Part shown: piece by piece, positions 19,277 through 28,074 of the stretch
How positions within the stretch are numbered: the stretch's first letter is position 1
Layout: each line of letters opens with the position of its first letter
NCBI GenBank assembly: GCA_963711005.1
Contig: CAVQCJ010000003.1
Span: forward strand, 160,119-224,118
Source: an uncultured Actinomycetota bacterium
GTDB taxonomy: Bacteria; Actinomycetota; Actinomycetes; Prado026
DNA length: 64,000 nucleotides
Reading direction: 5' to 3'
Position numbers and translations under genes: made by a program
The notes under the pieces: generated by a model
The model's input: only the letters and a program-made list of their open reading frames with translations
Told to the model about the DNA's origin: nothing
Databases searched by the model: none

Positions 19277-19900
19277 GTGGCGTCACGGAAGCAGCCCTCG
19301 ACGGCGCGGGCCTACACGATGGGGGCACGACAGGAAGCCGTCGACGAAACGCGCCTGCGAATCACTGAGGCGACCATGTACCTGCACGAGAGGGTTGGGC
19401 CGCGCGCCACTACTGTGTCCGCAATCGCCGTGGAAGCGTCAGTCACACGGCTCACGGTCTACCGACATTTCCCGGACGAAGAGTCGCTGGTCAGTGCCTG
19501 CTCCGCTCACTGGCGGCAGCTGCACCCACGACCCGACCCCGAGTCGTGGTCGAAGATCGAAGACCCCGTGGAGCGACTTCACACGGCACTGGCAGAAACC
19601 TACGCGTGGGCGCGGCCAGCGGCACCGATGATGACCATGATTCACCGGGACCTCGAAACGATGCCTGACTTCGTGGGCCAGTTCTTGGCTGCTGACGAGA
19701 AGGCACGCGTGACCGCTCTCAGCCGGGGGTTTCGCGCCCGGGGCCGCGCCGCCACCCGGTTGGCAGCTGCCCTGGCGCACGCCCTACGAGTGGGTACATG
19801 GGAATCGCTCTGCCTAGACGCGGGTCTCACTGACCAAGAAGCAATCGACATCATGGTCGGCGCCGTTCTCGCCGCCATCCCCGCCAAGATCCGCACATAG
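19277..19900 (+). CDS. TetR-family transcriptional regulator
   Basis: 3' part of ORF 18572..19900. HTH TTVSAIAVEASVTRLTVYRHFPDEESL. Start is GTG 19277 or ATG 19319. Divergent from the cupin gene across an AT-richer 81-nt spacer. Confidence 0.8.
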   Translation: MASRKQPSTARAYTMGARQEAVDETRLRITEATMYLHERVGPRATTVSAIAVEASVTRLTVYRHFPDEESLVSACSAHWRQLHPRPDPESWSKIEDPVERLHTALAETYAWARPAAPMMTMIHRDLETMPDFVGQFLAADEKARVTALSRGFRARGRAATRLAAALAHALRVGTWESLCLDAGLTDQEAIDIMVGAVLAAIPAKIRT

Positions 19901-20199
19901 TGCCGGATCGGCGCCCGCTCACGGCAGGGAGGTTGGGCCCATTGCTTCTGGCAGCCGCGATTGCGACGTTCGCGCTTCCGCTGCTCGCGGCCTGGCTGGC
20001 TGCGTCCCGCGCCCCCTAACGGCATCACATCTGTGCGCAATGGTGTCTGCGGCCAGGTCCAACGGGCCGCCCCCGACGAGCCCGGGCTTGCTTGCGCGCG
20101 TGAGGAGAGGAGATGTTCCCCATCCGAGCATCGCCCTGCAGGGTGGACACGTACTCTGCCGCAATCGCGATAACTGACGATCAGAGCACGGGAGGGATC

Positions 20200-20649
20200 A
20201 TGCGACGCCGGCGACAGTCCGGCTCGGGTGAGACGACCGAGCAGACGCTGGCGCGCCTGCAGGCGTCCACACCGCCGCCCCCCTCCAACGAGGCCCGCGA
20301 TTCTAGGCCTACGCCCTCCGGGCCATCAGGCGCAATGTTCCCGACGGTGCGGCTTCAAGAAGGCTATGAGATCACCGAGGTCGAGGCCTTCTTCGCCACC
20401 ATCGAGACCGCCACCGCCGACGAGATCCGCGACAAGCAGTTCAGCACCGTACGACTGCGCACCGGCTATGACATGGACGCTGTCGACCACGCACTGGATG
20501 GATGGCAGAAACGTGCCGGTCCAACTACTACAGCCCCCAAGATCCCTCAAAGCACGCGGGCCCCGTGGTGGGCATGGCTGATCGGCGCCCTCGTTGTGGC
20601 GGCGATTATCTGGATGGGGATCCGATCGGGCTGGAATATCGACTCGTGA
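20200..20649 (+). CDS. DivIVA-domain protein with two short DivIVA-like repeats and a C-terminal TM helix
   Basis: ATG 20200 preceded by GGAGGG. Repeats FPTVRLQEGYEITEVEAFF and FSTVRLRTGYDMDAVDHAL. C-terminal WWAWLIGALVVAAIIWMGI. Confidence 0.65.
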   Translation: MRRRRQSGSGETTEQTLARLQASTPPPPSNEARDSRPTPSGPSGAMFPTVRLQEGYEITEVEAFFATIETATADEIRDKQFSTVRLRTGYDMDAVDHALDGWQKRAGPTTTAPKIPQSTRAPWWAWLIGALVVAAIIWMGIRSGWNIDS

Positions 20650-20712
20650 CCTCACGCACAGAACTGCCGGGTCTGGGGCGCACAGAACGGCGGTGCGGCT
20701 CTGAGTCGGGTC

Positions 20713-20730
20713 GCCGGCACTTCGGTGCGC
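20713..20730 (+). repeat. hairpin-repeat copy (two loop-less or degenerate relatives lie at 20656 and 20682)
   Basis: GCCGGCACTTCGGTGCGC, between the convergent DivIVA-like and ClC genes. GCACAGAACGGCGGTGCGGC at 20681-20700 matches the flanks of the copy at 42175. Confidence 0.6.
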
Positions 20731-20754
20731 TCGACCGCGGTGGATCTCAGGACG

Positions 20755-22107
20755 CTATGCCGGTCCGATGCGAGGGCTGCGTGCGGAGATCAGCAAGGTG
20801 GCGATGTAGGCGACGACGACACCGACGATGACTAGCGGCGCAACTCCGGCCCCGGCCTGAGTGATGAGCAACGCCAGCACGATCGCCGACAACGGCAACC
20901 TGAGGACGCAGACCACGACGGCACCGATGAGGACGCCGACGGCAGGGGTCTCTGCCAGGCCGGGCAGATGCGCGGCCAGCAGGCCACCGATAAGTCCGAG
21001 GAAGATCGCTGGGAAGGTCGGTCCGCCTCGGGCGAAAGCCATCGACAACCCCCACGCGAGTGCCTTGCAAACCAACAGCAGCGCAAGCGTGCCGACGGAC
21101 AGTGTCGCAGCCTGTTGAACGATCTGGCTCATCGCGTCCTGGCCCGAGAAGAGCACCGCGTCAGCAGGCTGCCCGCTGATCTGCGAGAACGCGATGGCCA
21201 GCAAGCCCACCAGCAGGGCGGCCGCCGGGGCCAGGATGAACTCGCGCCGGGCAATCAGAGGCTGGGTCAGCTGGGAACCACGCACAACCACGAACGCGAC
21301 GACGGCTGCCACTAGAGCCAGCCCGATGGTCCACAGGAAGTCAGTGAACTGTGGTGTCGGGTAGGCCGGCAACCCTAGGGGCGGCAGCGCGTACGCGTTC
21401 GAGCTGAGCCCGGTCACTGAGCCCATCCCGACGAAGACGAGCGAACCGATGCCCGCCGCGAGCAGTCCGGGCAGCAGGATCAGGGGCAGCGTGGGGCCGC
21501 CCAGCCCGGCCGCCTCGATGATGATGACGGCACCGATGACCGGCGAGCCGAAGATCGTCGCCAGTGCCGCGAAGCTGGCCGCCGCCGCGATGACCAAGCG
21601 GGCTTGGTTCGGGACCGGCCGCCTGGCTCGGCCAACCACGAACAGCGCCACTCCCGTCCCCAACGCGATCAGCGGCGCCTCCGGTCCGAGCACCAGTCCG
21701 AGACCGATCGTCGCGAGTGCGGCGAGGAGAACGCCTGGCAGCTCGACCGGTGTCGTTGGTGGGCCCGTCTTCAGCCCTTGGGACGGTTCGTGCCCGCCGC
21801 GACCGGGAAGCCGAGCCACAGCGAAGGCGACGAGCAGGCCAGCCAACGCAAGGGGCGGGAGCGGCCACCACCACGGAACCGACTCGAAGCCGAGCCCATC
21901 AGGTAGGTCGACGTAGACCCACTGCTGCAGATAGTGCGTCAACTCGAGGAAGCACCAGGACGCCAGCGAGACGATTACCCCCAGCAGGGCGGACACCACG
22001 AGCAAGCCGCGGTACTGGCGAGTACGCATGAGCGCCATTGGGTCGACAGTGGGCGCGGGAGCACCCGCGGGCTGCACCTCACCGACCGGCTCACTGACAT
22101 CGCTCAT
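20755..22107 (-). CDS. ClC-family chloride channel/antiporter
   Basis: ORF 20755..22209 trimmed to ATG 22107. More than 10 TM helices. GLVLGPEAP (GxEGP-like) and FGSPVIGAVIIIE (GxFxP-like) selectivity-filter strings. Confidence 0.8.
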   Translation of the reverse strand: MSDVSEPVGEVQPAGAPAPTVDPMALMRTRQYRGLLVVSALLGVIVSLASWCFLELTHYLQQWVYVDLPDGLGFESVPWWWPLPPLALAGLLVAFAVARLPGRGGHEPSQGLKTGPPTTPVELPGVLLAALATIGLGLVLGPEAPLIALGTGVALFVVGRARRPVPNQARLVIAAAASFAALATIFGSPVIGAVIIIEAAGLGGPTLPLILLPGLLAAGIGSLVFVGMGSVTGLSSNAYALPPLGLPAYPTPQFTDFLWTIGLALVAAVVAFVVVRGSQLTQPLIARREFILAPAAALLVGLLAIAFSQISGQPADAVLFSGQDAMSQIVQQAATLSVGTLALLLVCKALAWGLSMAFARGGPTFPAIFLGLIGGLLAAHLPGLAETPAVGVLIGAVVVCVLRLPLSAIVLALLITQAGAGVAPLVIVGVVVAYIATLLISARSPRIGPA

Positions 22108-22164
22108 CGGCGCACCCTCCTGCCACAGATACCGCAGCTGTCGCCGCGATGCCGCACATACTGC

Positions 22165-22205
22165 CGGTTCTTGTGCTGTGGACAACCCGGATCCTGAGGT
22201 CCTGG
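22165..22205 (+). repeat. 42-nt direct repeat, copy 2
   Basis: CGGTTCTTGTGCTGTGGACAACCCGGATCCTGAGGTCCTGG. Ends 23 nt upstream of the integrase-remnant start. Confidence 0.9.
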
Positions 22206-22227
22206 TCATCGTCCGGGGAGGTCCGCC

Positions 22228-22869
22228 GTGTCCGATCAGTTCACCCTCGTCCGTTCTGAGCCGTTCGACCGGTTCTCCGGGGGCGTACCTGGCCGCGGCC
22301 GGGTTCTTGGCCCGCTACTTCGGACGGACCCGGGATGCCCACGCCGCGGACCTGCGCACCTACCTGGCCTGGTGCACCGGCGAGCCGAACGTGGCCACCG
22401 CACCCTGCACATCATCGGCAAGGGCGGCAAGCCCGCCCTCATCCCGCTGCCGCCACCGGTGGCCCGAGCCTTGGACCTGGCCGCCGACCAGCGCAGCACC
22501 GGACCCCTGCTACTGACCCGGACCGGGGCCCGGATGGACCGCTACGCGGCCTCCCGGATCGTGCACCGCCTGGCCAAGAAGGCCGGGATCGAGCACCGGG
22601 TCGGCTGCCACTCCTTGCGCCACTCCTCCATCACCGCCGCCCTGGACGCCGGCGTCACCCTGCGCGACGTCCAGATCGCCGCCCGGCATGCCGACCCCCG
22701 CACCACCACCCGGTATGACCGGGCCCGCGGCAACCTGGACCGGCACGCCAACTCCATCGTCGCCGCCTTCATCGCCGGAGCCGCCTGGCAGCACGAGAAC
22801 CGGCATTCGGTGCGCTCCTGTCCAGGGGCCTCGCGCGGCGCGTGTGCCCCATGTCGCAACGGGACTTAG
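22228..22869 (+). pseudogene. tyrosine recombinase (phage-integrase family) remnant with internal deletion/frameshift
   Basis: The catalytic half is intact in ORF 22228..22869 (LHIIGKGGKPALIPLP..HSLRHSSITAALDAGVTLRDVQIAARHADPRTTTRYD). The N-terminal core-binding string AYLAAAGFLARYFGRTRDAHAADLRTYLAWC is in another frame (ORF 22028..22516). It abuts the catalytic half with roughly 100 codons missing. Confidence 0.7.
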
Positions 22870-22911
22870 GGCCCTTGGGAGCCGGGCGGCCGGTACGGAA
22901 GGGTTGCGCCT

Positions 22912-24225
22912 GTGACGACCTCCCATGTGGCCGATTCCGGCCCGGAACCCACTCAGACCGAAGCCGTAGCGCCGGCGCAGCAGAGCTCCAGGTGGCGGTC
23001 CGTCGTTGCCGTGGTGTGCGTCGTGCTGGCGGCGCTGCTCACGGTGCCGGCGGCGATCGCGTACTGGGGGCAGCGAACGATCAACGACACCCAGCGTTAC
23101 GTCGCCACCGTCGGCCCCCTGGTGCACTCGCCCCAGGTCCAGGACGCCATCGCCACGAAGGTCATCGACACGATCCAGAAGCAGGTCGACGTCGAGGCGG
23201 TCCTCAACGACGTCTTCGCCGGGGTCATCACCGACCGGCCGCGTCTGCAGGAGCTGGTCGGCCCGATGGCGGGTGCCATCGACGGGCTGATCGACAGCGA
23301 GGTCCGGCAGTTCGTGGCGTCGGACACCTTCGCGGACCTGTGGGTGACGGTCAACACCAAGGCGCAGGAGACAGTCGTGCGCCTGCTCAAGGGCGACAAC
23401 AGCGGCGCAATCTCGCTCCAGGGCGACCAGGTCGTGCTCGACCTCGGTGACGTGATCGACCAGGTCAAGCAGCGGCTGGTGGCCCGCGGCCTAACCATCG
23501 TCCAGAACGTCCCCACCGCCTCCCTGGACAAGCAGATCGTCCTTCTCGACGCACCGCAGGTGAAGCAGCTCCGCACGATCTACGCGTTCACCAACCCGGT
23601 CGCCACCTGGCTCATCTGGGTGGTCGTGCTGCTCTACCTCGCCGCGTTCATGCTCGCGCGCAGGCGCCCGCGGATGACGGTCACGATCGGAGCGCTGCTC
23701 GCGGCGAACGCCCTCTTGGTCGCGCTCGTGCTGTCGATCGGTCGGCAGCTGTTCATCAACCAGCTGGCCGGCACGGTATTCGGCCCGGCCAGCTCGGTCT
23801 TCTATGACCAGCTGCTGTCCTACCTGGTGCGCGGCTGGCACGTGTTCCTCTGGCTGGGACTGGTGCTCGTCGCCACCGGCTGGTTCACCGGCTCGAACGC
23901 TCCCGGCACTGCCGCCCGCACCACGATCGCCCATGGTCTGGAGTCCGTCGGCGCGTCGATGTCCCACGGACCGGTGGGGGAGGCAGGGCGGCAGGTAGCA
24001 GCCAACGCACGCTGGCTGCGTCCGGTGGTGGGCGTGCTCGGCGCCGTCGTGCTGCTGTGGGGCAACGACGTCTCCCCAACCCGGCTGTTCTGGAGCGTGG
24101 TGCTTGTCGTCGTGCTGCTGTCCCTCGTCCAGGTCCTCGTGGGCGCGGCACCCACGACCCGGTCGTCGAGCCCGGCCCCTGGCCTCGACGGGCACGAGGC
24201 CACCCCGACCGCCACTCCCGCATGA
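22912..24225 (+). CDS. hypothetical integral membrane protein
   Basis: ORF 22912..24225 (GTG start). An N-terminal TM helix, a ~200-aa extracytoplasmic segment, then at least five TM helices. No family recognised. Confidence 0.55.
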   Translation: MTTSHVADSGPEPTQTEAVAPAQQSSRWRSVVAVVCVVLAALLTVPAAIAYWGQRTINDTQRYVATVGPLVHSPQVQDAIATKVIDTIQKQVDVEAVLNDVFAGVITDRPRLQELVGPMAGAIDGLIDSEVRQFVASDTFADLWVTVNTKAQETVVRLLKGDNSGAISLQGDQVVLDLGDVIDQVKQRLVARGLTIVQNVPTASLDKQIVLLDAPQVKQLRTIYAFTNPVATWLIWVVVLLYLAAFMLARRRPRMTVTIGALLAANALLVALVLSIGRQLFINQLAGTVFGPASSVFYDQLLSYLVRGWHVFLWLGLVLVATGWFTGSNAPGTAARTTIAHGLESVGASMSHGPVGEAGRQVAANARWLRPVVGVLGAVVLLWGNDVSPTRLFWSVVLVVVLLSLVQVLVGAAPTTRSSSPAPGLDGHEATPTATPA

Positions 24226-24501
24226 CCCGGAGCGACACGGGCAGGACCTGCAGGCTCAGCACGAAAACCCAGCCAGGGAAGAGTAGAACCAGCCACTGTT
24301 CTCTTCCGACGCGGCGCACGCAGCAACGTCAGAGCAGTGCCGTCGTCTCGGTGTTCATCCTGCTTTGGCTGGTCCGGACGTTCGTCCTCTGATCCGCCCC
24401 CGAAGTGCCGCTATGTGCGGGACGGAGCCACCCGAGTCCCGGCCTTCGGTGCACGCTTTCGCATCCTGGGTCGGCGCTTGTACCGGGTCGATCTCGTGGG
24501 C

Positions 24502-24550
24502 TTGACATGTCTAAGGTGGTTAGTTATCGTCTGTCTACGATACTTAGACA
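24502..24550 (+). promoter_or_regulatory. candidate promoter with nested operator palindromes upstream of the SRPBCC-TetR operon
   Basis: TTGACA (24502-07), a 17-nt spacer, then TATCGT (24525-30). Inverted repeats are TGTCTAAG (24508-15)/CTTAGACA (24543-50) and TATCGT (24525-30)/ACGATA (24537-42). AT-rich patch ending 16 nt before ATG 24566. Confidence 0.45.
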
Positions 24551-24565
24551 GAACGGGAGACAGCC

Positions 24566-25018
24566 ATGAAGCACATGGACAGCGAGATCATCATCAACGC
24601 CACCCCAGAGGAGGTCTGGACCGTGCTCGTCGACCTGGACCGCTACCAGGAGTGGAACCCGTACCTCGTCAAGGTGGTCGGGACCGCGACCGAGGGCAGC
24701 CGGCTTACCGTGACCTTCTCCCCTCCGGGAAGCCGGGGCGCGACCCTCAAGGCGACCGTGACCGAGTCCCGCAGCGGGGAGGTCCTCGAATGGTGGGGCC
24801 ACGTCGGCTTCCGCGGGATCTTCGACGGCCGCCACCGCTTCGAGCTGCGGCCCGACGCCGGCGGCACGCGGCTGACCCAGAGCGAAACGTTCACCGGGGT
24901 GCTGGTTCCGCTGATGGCCCGCAGCCTGGACCGTGGCACCGCCGCGGGCTTCGCGGTCATGAACGAGGCGCTCAAGGCCCGCGCCGAGCAGCAGCACGCC
25001 GTCAACAACCAGGGCTGA
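24566..25018 (+). CDS. SRPBCC-superfamily (polyketide cyclase/dehydrase-like) protein
   Basis: ORF 24566..25018. The opening IIINATPEEVWTVLVDLDRYQEWNP is typical of SRPBCC ligand-binding proteins. Confidence 0.8.
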   Translation: MKHMDSEIIINATPEEVWTVLVDLDRYQEWNPYLVKVVGTATEGSRLTVTFSPPGSRGATLKATVTESRSGEVLEWWGHVGFRGIFDGRHRFELRPDAGGTRLTQSETFTGVLVPLMARSLDRGTAAGFAVMNEALKARAEQQHAVNNQG

Positions 25019-25638
25019 TGGCCCGCAAGCGAGGCATCGAGTCAGGGCAGGTGGTGGCGGCCGCGGCCGCGGTCGCCGATGCCGAAGGGCTAGCGGCGGT
25101 GACCCTGGCGCGGGTCGCCGCCGTCCTCGACGTGGCGTCACCATCCCTGTACAGCCACGTCGAGGGAGTGGCCGGACTCCGCAGGGCGCTTGCTCTGAGG
25201 GCAGCCGCCGGCCTCGCTGCCGCGTTGAGCACGGCGATCGAGGGCCGGGCCGGAGTCGATGCACTCCGAGCGCTGGCACAGGCGTACCGAGCCTTCGCAA
25301 ATCAGCACCCGGGGCAGTACGCCGCCATCGACAGGACTCCGTCGCAGGCCGACGATGACGAGCTCTTCGCTGCGCTCGCCGCCCCCGTGCCGGCCATCAC
25401 CAGCGTGCTGACAGGGCTCGCAGTTCCAGCATCCGATGCCGTTCCCGTCATCCGTACACTGCGCAGCGCCCTACACGGGTTCGTCCTGCTCGAAGCCTCC
25501 GGTGGGTTCGGCCTGACCGACGACGTCGACGAGTCCTTCGACGTCCTCGTCGACACCGTCATCGCAGGCATCACCGCCCGAGCCGCAGGGCGGGTCACGA
25601 CACGTGCACGGCGAAGGTCGGCGCCACTGACTTCCTAG
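25018..25638 (+). CDS. TetR/AcrR-family transcriptional regulator
   Basis: 3' part of ORF 24337..25638. ATG 25018 overlaps the upstream stop (TGATG). HTH VTLARVAAVLDVASPSLYSHVEG. Confidence 0.8.
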   Translation: MARKRGIESGQVVAAAAAVADAEGLAAVTLARVAAVLDVASPSLYSHVEGVAGLRRALALRAAAGLAAALSTAIEGRAGVDALRALAQAYRAFANQHPGQYAAIDRTPSQADDDELFAALAAPVPAITSVLTGLAVPASDAVPVIRTLRSALHGFVLLEASGGFGLTDDVDESFDVLVDTVIAGITARAAGRVTTRARRRSAPLTS

Positions 25639-25984
25639 GTGACCCGTCTCCTAGGCCTGGGGCTCCCGCCCAAGGGTCCTCCGACGTGCTGTCATGAGCG
25701 CGGCCCAGCCGGGCGGGGGTGGTCGCGATTCCGCTGATACCTCCGGTACAGAGCGAGGCCAGCGATGAGCGAGATCAGCGCCAGGCCAACGACGAGGATG
25801 GGCGTCCAGAAGGTGATCCAGCCGTCGACCGGTGCGGCTGGTTGCAGTCAGGCGACCCCGGTGGGCAACCAGCGATGACGGCAGCGTGGAAGGCCGCGAA
25901 GGAAGGCTAGGCCGCAGCCACCCGCACTGACGTGCCGAGCTGTTCGCCCAGCCCAGCGCTTGATCCGGCATTGGGTGCGGCAAG

Positions 25985-26170
25985 GTGCCACCGAAGCTGT
26001 CGACGCGGGCCGAGCCATCGACACCGGCCACGGGCGCAAGAACGACCCGGCCGATGCGCACGCCGTCGCCGTGGTCGGACTGCGCACCCCTGGGTTTGCG
26101 GCGGTCGTGCCCGATGACCAGACGGTCGCGTTGCTGCTGGTGGTCGAGCCCTGGCCACCAACCAGTGGTG
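25985..26170 (+). pseudogene. IS110-family transposase remnant (N-terminal fragment, frameshifted)
   Basis: VPPKLSTR (frame of ORF 25985) is followed by IDTGHGRKNDPADAHAVAVVGLRTPGFAAVVPDDQTVALLLVV (frame of ORF 25960). This resembles the conserved KL..R....G.GRKTD..DA..IA..ALR.P.L..V..D....LR.L block of IS110 transposases. The rest of the gene is absent. Confidence 0.45.
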
Positions 26171-26383
26171 CGACTCCCGCAGAACGACCGTGATCACATG
26201 CGTGGCTGCACAGGGTGCTGCACGGATCGCAGAAGGTGCGTAGTGGGCGGCGGACGGTCTCACAGCCCTCGCGACGTCGCACGCCGAGGCGTCTGCACGT
26301 GTGCGCTGGTCAAGATCGACTTGCGGGCCGCTGGGGTGCTGCGACGCTGGGACGCACCACAACCGGGAGGGAAGGAACAGAAC

Positions 26384-27031
26384 GTGAAGCTTCCACGACG
26401 ACTCGCAGCTCTCGTGGCCGCGGGGGCCACCATCACGGCGATCGGCGTCGGCACTGCTCCGGCAGCCGGCGCGTCGACATCAGCAACGGGAACGAAGCCT
26501 CTGGCAGCGGTTCTGCTCGCCGACAAGAACGGCTTCGACCACAACCCTTACGACTACGACATCGTGACCGCGGCAGTCCTCGCCGTGCTGAAGGCCAAGC
26601 CCGCATCCCCGGTGAAGATCCTCACCGACGGCGCCGTCCCGCTCACCGCGTTCCTGCCCAATGACCGCGCGTTCAAGCTGCTCGTGCACCAGCTCACAGG
26701 CAGGTGGGTCGCCGATGAGAAGGACGTGTTCGCTGCTGTCGCGGGGCTCGGCATCGACACGGTCGAGCAGGTCCTGCTCTACCACGTGGTGGTGGGCGCC
26801 ACCATCACGGCGGCGGACGCGGTGAAGGCGAACGGCGCTGTGCTGACGGCAGCTCAGGGCGGAACGCTGACCGTGCACGTGTACCACTGGCGAAGCGGGC
26901 CGAGCGTGCGCATCTTTGACACGACGGTCGGGAACTGGGATCCACGGGTCGTGAGGTACGACATCAACGCAGGAAACCTGCAGATCGCGCATGGCATCAA
27001 CCGCGTCTTGCTGCCCCGGTCTGCGTCCTAG
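26384..27031 (+). CDS. secreted fasciclin (FAS1) domain protein
   Basis: 3' part of ORF 25985..27031. GTG 26384 follows GGGAGGGAAGG. Signal peptide LAALVAAGATITAIGVGTAPAAGAS. LTAFLPNDRAF, VLLYHVV and AHGINRVLLP are FAS1-like motifs. Confidence 0.8.
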   Translation: MKLPRRLAALVAAGATITAIGVGTAPAAGASTSATGTKPLAAVLLADKNGFDHNPYDYDIVTAAVLAVLKAKPASPVKILTDGAVPLTAFLPNDRAFKLLVHQLTGRWVADEKDVFAAVAGLGIDTVEQVLLYHVVVGATITAADAVKANGAVLTAAQGGTLTVHVYHWRSGPSVRIFDTTVGNWDPRVVRYDINAGNLQIAHGINRVLLPRSAS

Positions 27032-27043
27032 GAGTCTTGTTGC

Positions 27044-27083
27044 GCGAGGTCGGGCATCCGTCACTGCGTATGCCCGACCTCGC
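27044..27083 (+). terminator. stem-loop 13 nt after the fasciclin stop
   Basis: GCGAGGTCGGGCAT (27044-57) pairs perfectly with ATGCCCGACCTCGC (27070-83), with a 12-nt loop. No U-tract. Confidence 0.5.
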
Positions 27084-27277
27084 AAGCGACAGGCCGAACG
27101 TCCGCATCCAGTGAGTGTCACCCTCGTAGTCGGCCGACTTCGATCCGCCGGAAGCATCCGATGCCGTCGGTTGGGGGCAGCTCGCCGCCGCTAGTCAGCG
27201 CATCGGTTTCTAGGGCTGATCCGATCCGGCAGTATGCGTGTTCGGTCGAGCCGGCAGCCGGCCACCGGACGGAAGGC

Positions 27278-27841
27278 CTATTGTCGAGGGGAGAGGTCGA
27301 GTATCAGGCGCACCTGCTGGCCCGAGTGCCGCACCTCGCGCAGGGTCAGGCGGTTGGTGGTGATTCGACGGGGCAACAGCGGCGCGCCCGCGCCCAGGAA
27401 CACCGGGCGCATCCCCAGCCAGATCTCATCGAGCAAGCCGGCGTCGTCGAACTGACCCACCAGGTCTCCGCCGCCAACGATCCAGATGTTCTTGCCGGGC
27501 AGGGCGGCTGCCATCTCGTCATAGACCGGGTGCACATCCCCCGAGACGACGCGGATATCCGCCGTCGGGATCAGCGGTGGTTCGCGGTGCGAGAAGACCC
27601 AACACGGGCGGTCGCCGTACCAGTCATGCCACTGCTGAGGATTCGACAGCAGGTCGTACTTCCCGAGCACCCACTCGTACGTCGTCGCCCCCATGACGAA
27701 CGACCCAACGCCGCCGATGAACTCATGCCATTCACCGTCGTCCTCGCCTTTCGGGGCCTCTAAGAGCCAGTCAAGGGAATGGTTCACGTCCGCGATGAAG
27801 CCATCGAGGCTACATGCGGCGAAATACTGCACCCGGGTCAT
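27278..27841 (-). CDS. dihydrofolate-reductase-like (RibD C-terminal domain) family protein
   Basis: ORF 27278..27865 trimmed to ATG 27841. YFAACSLDGFIA, GSFVMGATTYEW, IWIVGGGDLVGQF..GLLDEIWLGMRPVFLGAG. Confidence 0.8.
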   Translation of the reverse strand: MTRVQYFAACSLDGFIADVNHSLDWLLEAPKGEDDGEWHEFIGGVGSFVMGATTYEWVLGKYDLLSNPQQWHDWYGDRPCWVFSHREPPLIPTADIRVVSGDVHPVYDEMAAALPGKNIWIVGGGDLVGQFDDAGLLDEIWLGMRPVFLGAGAPLLPRRITTNRLTLREVRHSGQQVRLILDLSPRQ

Positions 27842-28074
27842 CCAACGAACGCTAGTCGAAACCATCCGTCCAAAGGCCTACTCAAGCTTGCAGGCACCGG
27901 ATCGACCCGGGCGCGGCAGCGACCGCCACGGCAACAGTCCCTGTGGACCATCGTCATCGCCGGCATAGCCACCCAGCCAGCCACCCGCGCCTCCATCGAA
28001 CGACGCACGCAGCTTGCCGCCCGTGAACGGCACCAATGTTCGACGCCGCCGGCGTGCTTCGCTGTTCGGTTTGC

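Noticed and set aside
18572-19900. 442-aa ORF read as a single gene
   Set aside because: Its first ~235 codons are antisense to the well-supported cupin gene and look like noise. Only the last ~207 codons (from GTG 19277) form a TetR regulator. The same applies to the long N-terminal extensions of ORFs 24337..25638, 25985..27031, 29400..30227, 9549..11480, 13590..15026, 52395..53549 and 43505..47428.
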